From assembly GCA_023334545.1 (NCBI GenBank), contig JAADVB010000059.1, positions 19,524-83,523 on the forward strand: 64,000 bases of DNA, written 5' to 3'. Both the position numbers and the translations under genes were made by a program. Under the pieces are notes generated by a model. It saw only the letters and a list, made by a program, of their open reading frames with translations, had not been told where the DNA came from and made no database searches. Below, in pieces: positions 44,490 through 55,436 of this stretch; the stretch's first letter is position 1, and the number at the start of each line of letters is the position of its first letter. The stretch is from Salisapilia sapeloensis CBS 127946 (Eukaryota; Protista; Oomycota).

Positions 44490-44555
44490 GGGAATGACGA
44501 GATTTATATAACTTACCATCTTTCGGGGCTGAGCCATTCCACCGGCGCTGATGGA
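44490..44555 (+). ncRNA. Probable box C/D snoRNA (snR39B/SNORD2-like) guiding 2'-O-methylation of an LSU rRNA G; ends approximate
   Basis: Box C-like ATGACGA 44494-44500; 13-nt ACCATCTTTCGGG (44515-44527), antisense to the conserved LSU segment CCCGAAAGAUGGU; CTGA at 44529-44532 and 44548-44551. Confidence 0.7.
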
Positions 44556-44607
44556 TATCTTGTATCACGGACCCTTAGAAGAAACCAATACACTGTTTAC
44601 GATTTTA

Positions 44608-47600
44608 TCATGTATTTGTTTGTGGCAATTCCTTCGCCTTATGAAAGTCTACTGCATCTAATCGGCAGCACCCGAGTATCCGTTCCGGTAACTCGTCTTC
44701 ACACTCTCCTTGCAACACGAACGAAACGTCCACGACTAGTTGAGGGCACTTGTCCAGCATCAAGTGGATTCCTCGCCTAGCAATGTATGAGAACTGATGG
44801 ACATCGACAACCACCTCGGTCGTCTTTTGACCAGTCTCCCCTTCCACGTGATAGATTCGATGCTGAGGTCTCGTCAGCACAGGCGTGGCATTATGACTCG
44901 TAAGCAGTCTCTTCGACATCCCTGATAAACCACACTCATCTTGGTTCGTGACTTGTGCAATGACTTTAAACCGGTCGGTCAATGACGTATCTTTCCCAGC
45001 ATGCACAAACTTTTTAAAAAGCTTCAGCTCCGGTGTCTTTGGATCCTCCAGCTCTGCACAGATATCCTCCGGGATGCGCCAATACAACATGATACTGTAC
45101 CCTTCACCGTCACTATCGCTATCACTCCACATACTCGGACCGTACGACGGCAGCTGAGCATTGATGATAAAAAGTCGAGACTGCTGCAATTCCACTGGTA
45201 GTTCCATGCGCTGACTAAGTAGATCGACCTTTCTACTAGTCTTAAAGATATCTGCGCCAAGGAACTCGAACAGTGCTTCCGAAGACTTTTGCTTCTTCCT
45301 CGATTTCTTGTAATCGAGGCTGCGGACGTGGAAGGTGGTTCCTTCCGCATTCGACCACGCGTGCTGCACGCCACTTTTACGTCCGTCTTTCGTGCTCTCC
45401 GTTTGATCCATCGAGCTTTTCATGGTGAACTTGGCTACGTCCAAACCGATGGCGACAGGATCTTCCTTCTCCTCCTCTTTCCGGTGGAGACAGCACGACG
45501 ACGGGTCGACGCAGTCCGCAGCAGACGGATTGGCTGCACCGACAGCAGAACTCTTCTTCTGACAAGTACAGCACTTGCAAACAGCAGTATCAGTCCATCC
45601 AGGAGGGTGATAGACTGCAAAGACGAATGCTGCCGTCACGACGAGGCACACGAAGAGCTTACTAAGGATAGTCTGGTCATCAAAGAACTGCACTGCGATC
45701 GCATTCACCAAGAATCCTGCAATAAAACACTGCTGTGGTCCGTCCAACGTAAAGTGAAGTCGGAACCTAGCAGTAGGCGACACTGAAGAAGAGTAAAACG
45801 TAATGGACGGACGCCTTTCTAACGTCGGCCTACTCTCCTTGTCATCTTCACTCGCACTACTGCTAGGCACACGTGATATGGGCACTTCGTGCATCCGCTC
45901 TTCCCTCTTCTTTTGCAACTGTTCTTTAAAAAGCTGTTGGTGTGGCACAGCAGGAGTCGCTTCTCCTGAATCCAAATGCTTGCGATTAATCGCCTCTGCT
46001 ATGGCAGTTGTCCACAGGTTAAAGTCGTGTTCATTCTCCGCACAGAGTTTGTACTTGACACCTCGTTTCGAGTCAAAGTCTTTCAGCGACAGTGTCGACA
46101 CTTGAAAGAAAAAGTCGGTCGGTGCATTTCGTGCCAAGGATTTTTCAAACAAGAGCGACACACTTTTCTGGTTCAAGTCCATCTCGTCACGAAACCAATG
46201 ATGGGATGTGTTCACGTACAAGAGACCATGGGACTTTCGTCGCATCTCCTCCGTCGTCGCTTTCGCTTCCTTCTTCTCGGACATTTCGTGAGACTGCACG
46301 TCCGGATCGTCATCAGATGATGAACTGTTCTCTCTTTCAACTTGTCCAGTCGGTTGCGTCTTCATCTTGTCAGGTGAATTGACGTCATCCATATGAACAA
46401 TGTTACCTCGAGGTGTCCTACTAATGTGTTCCGCCGGATTATGACGGTAGTACGACAGCATACCACGTTGTCGATCCAAGACAAACCATCGACGGTTCCA
46501 CGACCTCTTCGAAAACTTGCCGTCACTTACTTTATGTAAGTATCCACAGACGTAGTCTCGATTGGCCTGCGACTCGTTTGAAAACAAGAAACCAGCGGCT
46601 AATAGCTGTGACGATGTCGTTGGATGCTGCACTGGCGGTGCGGAAGAGTGTAGTAGATGTCGCCCAGCACTTCCAACTTTACCGACTGCTTTGCCAATAT
46701 TCTTGCCAACTTTCTGCACACCACTCGTGCGTCGACCTTTATCTTTCATCTTCGAAGGGTCTTGTGGAAAGACAGAAGTCGACTTGTTCGCATCGGCATG
46801 CTCCCCTGTTTGGGAATCCAAACTCGAAGACCGACGGGCACGAGCCTCTTGGCCCTCCACGGCATGTATCGGACTATCACCAGGCGCTGAGATCTCATCC
46901 GAGTCGTACAAGTCGTCCGAGTCTTCACCACTGTCTTCACCGCCAAGAAACTCAAAGCTTGCAAATGCACTCTGGGACATTGCATCCTTGCCTTCTCGAA
47001 AGGATGGACTGTTCTTGAACGGATCTCTATGGTTTTAGTAAGTACATGCCGTGATGGATGAGATGGAGTCGCTTACACGTCTGAGCCGGTGCTGTTTCGA
47101 CGGTTCTGGTATCGAGGACTTGATGGAGCTGGCGAAGGAGGAAATTTTGACACAATGAACTATCCAGAGATGACATTAAGAGCGAGGATGACGACAAGGG
47201 TGAGAGTATGGTACATTCATGGCAACCGAGTACTGATGAACCCAAATGACAAAGTCTGTGTACGTGAGCAAGTCGTCTTCTTTGGACGACTGCTCGTCAA
47301 ACGCATCATACAGTTTCTATATTATAAAGCTAAGTACATGATGGATTGGCATATATATATACTACGAGTACCTTGGGGACATTGTTAAACTGCTTCGCAT
47401 ACTGCAATAACGCAGTGTAATTCGTCTTTGAAATTGCAGGCTCTCCATTTCTACAGAATTTGTCGTATTAGATGATAATTGTGATAGGATCCAGATAAAT
47501 AAATATACCTTTCAGAGCCAAAAGCAATGCTGTACATGGAAAAGAGATAGTGCAGTCGGTCTTCTGTATTCCCACTATCATTCTGATTAGGTAGGGTGTT

Positions 47601-48114
47601 CTGCTATATCAAATAATGAAGTGTACGCGTAGGTCCTCGCTAAAACGGTAGTGAACAATTCAACCGGGATGTACTCGCTTTTCGACTTTTCAAAGTGCTC
47701 CATCGTTGCATCTGCAGTATGCATTTTCCATTGCGTAGTGCATCTCGTTAGTACTGTGCTACTATAGAGTATCTTTGATTCTATCTACCTCCAAAGAGTC
47801 CTCGTAAAAGCTTCGACGAGACAAGATCAGCCTTCCGAGCAGCATACCGTCCATCTTTCTCCGTCACAGCATCACTCTACCACCCGACATCAATACAACA
47901 TCTCATAATTCATCTCATAAAGCTCTTTATCACCTTAAAAGTAAGCCATGCCACCGTAAATTCACTACTGTCGACTGCAAATCGACGATTATACCACACA
48001 AGTCCATAATAGCAATGAGTACGATCATTTAAAAGGGGTCCATATGCATTCGAGTAAGAGGATTTAATTACAATGGCGGTAGAAAGGTCGAGGGGAGGAT
48101 GCGACGACTCCCAT
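44608..48114 (-). CDS. MGxxxS EF-hand-like domain + PH + hydrophobic hairpin + EDR2_C (DUF1336) protein, ~1001 aa; exons 48114-48072, 47974-47934, 47876-47789, 47711-47627, 47574-47509, 47450-47372, 47316-47215, 47159-47077, 47026-44608
   Basis: Eight canonical GT-AG introns (50-97 nt) keep one frame into the 790-aa ORF. PH: CGYLHK...WNRRWFVL...LSYY...WTTAI. EDR2_C: WSNAEGTTFHVRSLDY, DRFKVI, NATPVLTRPQH, VDVHQF, ELPERILGC. Confidence 0.82.
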
Positions 48115-48262
48115 ATCTCAATATGGTCAGTGCCCTTTTACGTTGTGAATGAACTCTTTTTATCAAGAAGATGCTTAAAACCATTAATTCGGAATAGAAT
48201 TGCTACCTGGGTTACTACTACGCCCAGCACCTCGAAGCATACGCTCTTCTTACTCGTCCTAC

Positions 48263-49678
48263 CTATGGATGATAGATACGCACTTTTGCATCACGGGATG
48301 CAGTCCAGATACGATTTGTGCGCAGGCCGACAGACACGTCGCGAATGGCTTCGTACACTGGTCCAGTAAGTGTCTTGCGAATGCCTCCTTGCTTGTCCTC
48401 TGGATTATATAGAGACCGATTCCAATTGCAAACGCTTCCATCACCATGAGCTGTCCAGACCATCCCATCGCCATCACTTGGAGTGATAGAATGGATAGAG
48501 GCTGCACTACGAGAGACGCATTGCACAGGAGATCTACAGACAGCGTGAGTGTTGGACGCTGTAAAGAGATGAGAGCACGTACGACGCATGACGGAGATCC
48601 CAAGCACTCAATATGCCATTTTCGCTACCTGTGAAGATCAGGTGCTGGTTACCACTTGCAATGCTAGCAATGGAGTCTGTTCCTGGCAGTCGCAAAATCT
48701 TTTCACGCGACCGAATATCGATACCAACAGCTTCGCCTCTGGAAGTACCCACAAACGCGACCTTACCTTCCGTTTCAGCTTCTGATGCATCCTTTTGCGC
48801 ATCATTTTCAGACGCAATCAGATAACCAGAGTCAGATAGTACAGTCATGCATTGAAGTGCATCGCCTTCAGCCCACGATGCCACTACGCTCTGGTCACCC
48901 ACGTTCCATAGATGCATATATCCATCGTTCGCACATGCTGTCAAACACTTTAGTACTCATTTGTTGTAAATACAAAAGCATGCTTACACAAAACATTTCG
49001 GCCGCGACCTAGGATCGCAAGGTCCGAGATACCGCCACGATGGCCTTTCAAGGTAGCTGCACAAGTTCCGTTTTCAGCACTCCAAACGCGGAGAGTGAAA
49101 TCCAATGAGCCAGATAGTAAAACTTTAGAGCTAGGAAAGAATGACAGGCTGCTGATATCAAGCAAGTGTCCTTTTAATGGACGCAAGTGAGGTTCCGTCG
49201 AAGCTGCATCAGATCCATGGGATGGTGTCATTGCATCGAAAATAGCTGCAAAGCCATTATTTCCTCCAATGGCAGAAAACCGCTCATCCTTTGATAGAGC
49301 TAGTGCATGCAGCTGAGAAGTGTGGCTGGATAAATCAATGCAGTCAGTCGGAGCCTGGAAGTCCGTGCCGATTGTGCAGGTCTCGGCAGCACCATCCGCT
49401 TTTACGTCCGCAGAGAGCGCAACTGAATTACCATCTTCACTGCGTCTCGATACCAACACATTCACATGTTCTTTCGTGTCTGTATTATGCGTAGAGAATT
49501 CATGCGGAAGCTGGTCAGACAGACTCAGCTCCAGATGGGTGGAAGTGCTTGTCGTAGCCCGAGCTGATTGGGTCTCCTCGACCCATTCCACTTGTCTGCG
49601 TGATACATCCACCCAACATGCTTCACCTGACGGAGTACTTTCCCAATCAGGTTGCAGATGCAGATAGTATGGCTGCAT
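48263..49678 (-). CDS. PAAF1: Proteasomal ATPase-associated factor 1 (PAAF1/Rpn14 WD40 chaperone); multi-exon
   Basis: N-terminal LHLQPDW; LKGHLLDISSLSFFPSSKVLLSGSLDFTLRVWSAENG...LKGHRGGI...GRNV; C-terminal LTGPVYE...WTASRDAKVRIY. Confidence 0.85.
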
Positions 49679-49749
49679 TCTTACTCTTCCGACGCGAATC
49701 CAACTCTTGTTGTTTATCTTTGTGTCAGCCAGAATCAGTCGATATTCCA

Positions 49750-49758
49750 CCAATCAAA
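49750..49758. promoter_or_regulatory. CCAAT-box-like element in the ~135-bp divergent PAAF1/PDI promoter
   Basis: CCAATCAAA (reverse strand TTTGATTGG) lies midway between two head-to-head ATGs. The motif is short and could be chance. Confidence 0.4.
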
Positions 49759-49814
49759 ACACGAGGAATGGCGCGAAGTAGATATATATGCAACGTGGCA
49801 AAAGGACGATGAGG

Positions 49815-51240
49815 ATGAAGAGCTACCTGGCGCTGGTTCTAGTAATAGCACTAGCTCTACCATTTGCATGGGCAGACTACGGACCGAAAGGCGCAGTCGT
49901 TGTACTTGATGAAAAGAACTTTGAAAAAGAAGTGCTTGAAAGCAATGACTATTGGATCGTCGAGTTCTATGCTCCATGGTATTTGCTTTTAGCTAAAGAC
50001 ATTGCTAGCAACTTTCTTATCTAGAATGTTATAGGTGTGGTCATTGCAAGAAGTTAGAGCCTGAATATAAGAAGGCTGCAAAAGCACTGAAGGAACATGT
50101 GCGACTACCAATGCTGATACGAAATCACCAGTCGTCACTTATCGATATCCATAGGCTCGACTCGGAGCAGTGGACGCAACGGCGAATCAACATCTTGCCC
50201 AAAAGTATGGCATTCGAGGATATCCGACGATCAAAGGTAGATTGTATTATCTGTATAATATACAATCCCACTCTCATTCCTTTTACAGAGTTTGGTGCCA
50301 AGAAGAAGAGTCCGAAAGACTACCCTGGTGGCCGTACGAAAAAGGATATTGTAGAGTATGTGAAAAACTCGGAAGAAGCCAAGAAACTCGGAGTCAGTGG
50401 ATCGATTTCGACTGTCGATTTTCACTCCGTCTACCAATTCCTGCAGATGGATGGATCCACGCCAACAGCCTTGTTCTTCGGTAGCCCACAATCCAAGAAG
50501 AAAGACAAGAAGAGAGCTCCATCTTGGCTCTCATCTCTCTCGAACATGTATTCGAAGAAGAAAAAGGTCCAAATCGCGTACGTCCCTGGCAATGAGAAGA
50601 AGATTGCTCATCAGTTGGGTCTTTCCGACGACGACCTACCTGCTATTGCGATGATCTTCCCGTCTTCAAAGAAATTCATCACTTCCAGCATCTCTCCACT
50701 AAACGAAGCCTCTTCCAAAGCATTCATTGATGAGAACATAAAGCAGGGCGGAGATGACAGTCAAGACTTGCCTCACTTCCCGTCTCCAGACGTTGCAAAG
50801 AAGAAGCCACAGTATCAACTGCGTAGTCTAGATGCGACCAACTTGAAGACTTGCTTGACGAAACGTGGGAAAATGTGCGTCATTGTGTCTAGAGAAGATG
50901 AGAATGTCGCCAAGTCGTTGGCGAAAAAATATCGCCGAGACCCTTTCGTTTTCCTACATACGTCTCCATCCAATGACCTCTTCATATCCCTCCAATCTTC
51001 CATCGGAGCAGTCGATACCAACGCTTTCGTCCTAAAGCCTGGTCGGAAACCAAAGTACACTGGTAAGTGCATCTTCTTTCCGACGATTAACATAGGTTAA
51101 TGTCCTTGTAAATAGCCATCTCCTCGACGGATGACAATTTGTCTACGACGTTGGACCGTATTGTCGAAGGCTCTGGTAGCTTTAGTACCCTGCCATCGGA
51201 CATCCACAACCTGCTTGACAGTACGCACGACGAACTTTAA
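49815..51240 (+). CDS. ER protein disulfide isomerase family protein (single WCGHC a-domain + b-like domains, HDEL); multi-exon
   Basis: Signal peptide; VEFYAPW|CGHC, split by a phase-2 intron at 49979-50034; GIRGYPTIK; last exon ends STHDEL-stop at 51240. Confidence 0.88.
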
Positions 51241-51291
51241 AGCAACAATCAAACCCTTCGGCCTTGTCATCTACGTCCATTTTCTTTATAT

Positions 51292-52242
51292 CTAACTCGA
51301 CGTTGATTTCGAGATACGAAGGCGGGACCCGACTTCCGTGTCCATCGCACGATAGGCTGGGATACAGTCCGCTCGCTCGCAGTATCCGTTCGCAGGCATA
51401 ATGTTGGCAAAGCATCGAATCACATCATCCTTATCCTGAGCTTGGTTCGTGAGCGAGAAGGACGTTGCTAACTGCTGCTGGCTAGTCGTCGCAACTGGTC
51501 TCAAGTTCTCAGGCAAAACTTCAGGACCACGGAATTGACGACGTACGAGATGCGGCAATAGATCTGCTTTAATACTTGCTAGATGCTTCTTCTCCATCAA
51601 AAGACGTAGAACCCAGTGTGAGAAAATGTATAGATGGGCATCATATAGATCCGAGTGTAGGACGACTCGAGTTCGCCGTTTCAATAGACTCTTCGGAACT
51701 TCGACATCGTCATTCATGTGCACGGCAGGAGAGAGTAAGACCACTCGTTGGTCGCGATGCGTCAGACCGAAGCAGTCTGTCATTTCCTTATCACGACGCG
51801 GCTTGGCATTCTTTCCCGTCGGTTGTTCCTCTCGTTTTAAAAGCATTGTCACAGTCGAATCGTGAAGGCGATGGCAGTCTGCCAGGTCATGCAGGACAGC
51901 GTCCGTCACGAGATCACCAGCGATGACGATAAAATCACGCGTGATACGATCTGCGATTTCACGCAAAGCTTCTCCAGTCTCGCAATTGTCCGTGACTTCT
52001 GCAATCTCTACTTGCAACGTGCCGTCATAGGTGCGAGTGATAAAGTCTTCGATACGAGGCGCGAGTTCGTGGCCGGTGACGACGATCGCTTCTGAGAACC
52101 CAGAGCTTTCAAGAAGCTGAAGTTGGTACCATAGCAACGGACGTCCGTTAATCGGTAACAACGATTTTGGTGTGTCTTCTGTCAGTGGGTACAAGCGAAT
52201 GCCGCTGCCACCAGCAAGGACGATCGCCTGGAACTCGGCCAT
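51292..52242 (-). CDS. EIF2B3: Translation initiation factor eIF2B gamma subunit (nucleotidyltransferase-like domain only)
   Basis: MAEFQAIVLAGGSGIRLYPL...PKSLLPINGRPLLWYQL, DFIVIAGDLVTD, DLYDAHLYIFSHWV and SIKADLLPHLVRRQF. Confidence 0.85.
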   Translation of the reverse strand: MAEFQAIVLAGGSGIRLYPLTEDTPKSLLPINGRPLLWYQLQLLESSGFSEAIVVTGHELAPRIEDFITRTYDGTLQVEIAEVTDNCETGEALREIADRITRDFIVIAGDLVTDAVLHDLADCHRLHDSTVTMLLKREEQPTGKNAKPRRDKEMTDCFGLTHRDQRVVLLSPAVHMNDDVEVPKSLLKRRTRVVLHSDLYDAHLYIFSHWVLRLLMEKKHLASIKADLLPHLVRRQFRGPEVLPENLRPVATTSQQQLATSFSLTNQAQDKDDVIRCFANIMPANGYCERADCIPAYRAMDTEVGSRLRISKSTSS

Positions 52243-52344
52243 TTCGATCGTTTGTGGCGAATTGATGTCTAAAGAAAAAGAAAAGAAATACGTGCTCTGA
52301 AGAGATGTTGAAGCCATCAAGATATCCGTTTCGTCATTGACACG

Positions 52345-53004
52345 ATGACAACGATCTGCTTGTGGACGCTACTTGCTATCGTCGCAAGTATTGCAAGCGC
52401 CGACGAGGTGGCTACTACGAAGGGAAATTCAAGCTGTGGGTATATAAAGAAAGGATCGCTGCCGTTTTGCTCCATGGTCGACTATTATGCTGTTGTGACC
52501 AATGACGATGTAAATGGAGTGGCAAAGGATTTAACGGCAAAGAACTATTACGACAATCTTGATATTATATTGCAGCGTTTTGGATGTAATGTCAAGTACA
52601 GCTTGTACGGGTGTGACGACTGCAGAGATGCGTACAAGTATTGGATCTGTAGTGTCCAATTTCCGCGATGCAAATCATCTACTGTATCAACGGAAGAATG
52701 TACCAGTAGCGAAATTGCATCCTCCAATATGCGATGCGAAGGAAGCACTATCGATCACGGCCGCACATGCCTTTCGATATGCCAAGATGTCGTTCGAAAA
52801 TGCCCCTACGTTCTTGAATTTAAATGTCCGCAAGTACGTCTTGTAGTACCATACTTTCACAAATCATTCGATTTCTCATCTTTCCACCACCTATAGAAAG
52901 ACACAGCTTTCTTCTCCTCTGACATCACAACCTGTAATAAGCTCGATCGCTTTCAGCATCCAGAGTTTCCGGATAAACCGTGGCCTGGAAACTTTCAAGA
53001 ATAG
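52345..53004 (+). CDS. Secreted Mid1/NALF(FAM155)-like cysteine-rich (Frizzled-CRD-related) protein, 198 aa; exons 52345-52833, 52897-53004
   Basis: Signal peptide; LPFCS; KYSLYGCDDCRDAYKYWICSVQFPRC; CLSICQDVVRKCPYVLEFKCP; second exon DITTCN. Phase-0 GT-AG intron. Confidence 0.75.
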
Positions 53005-53123
53005 AAGCGCCAAGATAAATACATTAATAATCTCTTGGATCCTCCATTCATTCCTATTTCTTGAAACCATTCCCACACTTTCTAAGGGGAATGTATAGAA
53101 GGAGATTTGGAGTCTTCTAAACT

Positions 53124-54639
53124 TTATTCCGTACAGTGTTGGTTGTTCTGGACTTCTTCAAACTCCATTTCAAAGTACATGGAGAAAAGGAGATGGAGCG
53201 ACTGCAAATAACCTTTGTTGTAAATAGGAATATCCAGTATCCCACAAACGATCTGAACCAGTTGCTTTAGGTCAACATCTAGTGTTGTCACGTTGGCACA
53301 CAATTGAAGAACGGATTCATCCAGACCATCTTCGAATGCTTCAGACCAATACCCCATAAGACTATCCACTGCTGGCATGGGTTTATCATAAACAACCTAA
53401 AGACAATTAAAAGTGGGATAGATGAAATTTTTAAAGTAATAAACGTACTTGTGGAAACGGCGTCATCTTTCTTACTCGCTCTACACTTTGCATCCACTCA
53501 TCAATTGCTTGAGGTCGATGACTTGCATCATCAATACTGCGAACAGGCACAGCCGATCGGTTCCGACTTGATCGTTGCTTGGACTGTGCTTGTAAAAGTA
53601 GCTCTATTTCTGATCTATTTGATCCCAAGGTCGGTTCTCGCAAGACACTCCTTCCGATGCCGTCATCCATATTATCTGGTCGAGGGATCTAGATCCAAAA
53701 TAAGAAAATTCACTTAGAAATTATAAAGGTTCTGCCTACGTTAATCGCGTCGAAGGGGTCCCCAATCGCTGGTATCCAAGTCGGAAGGAATGGTTTGAAT
53801 TTGCATTCAAGGTCAAACGTCGTAGGCTCGAAATCATCGATGTACTATATTCACGGGAAGGTGTTACTTGTAAAAGAGTATGTGTAAAAAGTTCAAACAT
53901 ACCTTGAATATCTGTTGAAGCCTATCATCTTGAAGCACTTTCACATCCTCCACGACCTCTTTGGGACTATCAGGCGGTATTGAATCTACGACTAAAACTT
54001 CAGGACTGCTCGGTTGCTGCTGTGTTGCTGAGTCTGGACTGTTTTCCCTTTTCTTGAAGAAGTCACTTGGAACAGCGTTTCGATACTTTTCTAACTCTTT
54101 CGCAGCCGTCTGTGGCCGGCGGTCCTTGCAGATAGACGATCTGTGTTTAATAAAGTCACGTTGAATCATGTTTAGATCATCCTCTTCCGAAGAGCTAGAG
54201 CTGCATAATTCCATGGCACGTGGATCCTCTTCCTCCCTCGTCTCATATTCGTCAGCTATATACATCCATTCTTATCTCGTGTTTGCTATATGGTAAGATG
54301 CTAAAGTCTACCTGCTTCTGTGATTAATTCATCCACTTGTGCAGCTGTTAGCTTGTCCTTGGGAGAATGGAAACTTGGTATGCTACGTGGAGATGAACGA
54401 GACGGACTGAGGCCTTGGAGCGGTGAACCGGGTATCTCTGGTGGTCCGTCCGTACTCGTACTATCATCGCTTTCCCGATTGTGTTCATCAAATTGTGAAT
54501 GCAGGAATGGAGAGAGGACGTGACTGCCATCTTCGTCACTTGACAGCTCACTCTGTTCTATATCGCTCTCATTGATTGAGCCAATGCTTCTTCGGTGACG
54601 ACCATCTAATATATCGTTAATAGGTGCTGAAGGAATCAC
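53124..54639 (-). CDS. IFT46: Intraflagellar transport protein 46-like; multi-exon, further 5' exons probably extend to ~55100
   Basis: Spliced FDLECKFKPFLPTWIPAIGD, IPRPD..DGIGRSVLREP, VRSIDDA...AIDEWMQSV and MPAVDSLMGYW...ICGILDIPIY-like...SLHLLFSMY match IFT46_B_C. Confidence 0.75.
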
Positions 54640-55436
54640 TTTGGATTAAATGTGTCACCATGCCGATGGGTTGGGGATGGTGACGCATCGGTATCGATGC
54701 TAGACAAGGTCATGCATCGATTAGCAATGAGTAACGATAGAAGGGTGCATAGCAAAACAACCTTTGTCGCAATACTTCATCAATGCGATACACCTCATCC
54801 ATACTCTACACTACTGTTTAGTACGTAACTACGTCCTTACTCTGATGTCTGCTCTACCTGATCATGTAGTAGTGTCGTGTCCTAGAGATACAAGAGCCTA
54901 GAAATGAGTCATGGCTTACTACGTAGCTCATAATCGCCTACCTCTTCCATGGCACTCATCGTCATACAAATCTTCACCAGGACCTCGTGACGGAAGAATA
55001 TAGCCAGTGAGCTATCGAGGCATGCACCGTACTATCGTCTCAAGTCTACGCTCACCTAGTGTCTGTTCAGAGTACGAAGCGACGTACAGCCGTTCAAGAT
55101 CGAAATCTTCCGCATAGTGTAATCAAGTCAAGCTGGAGGAACCCACAAAATCATCTGTACGGTTGCTCACATAATTACGTCTATTGAACCATCCCAAAAG
55201 AAAGTGGAAAGTAAGAAGCAAAGCGCATCAATCCTCTTCCGCCTGCACACCTATCGCCAAAAGGAAGAACGATCTGGAGACAAACTAGCTTATTCTCCCA
55301 CACGTTCAACCCATCTAGGATTTTTTATCGTGGGCATTCGTAACAGAGAAAAGGAAGAAGGAATTGATTTTGTTATTTTTATCCGCCGAGAAGACCGAAG
55401 AGTAGCCACGGACAGCATTCATTCTTTCTATTGCTC

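Noticed and set aside
7765-53004. Apparent calcium theme (EF-hand GH43 protein, STIMATE-like, EF-like EDR2 protein, Mid1-like)
   Set aside because: These genes are scattered among unrelated housekeeping genes over 45 kb; no evidence of a functional cluster.
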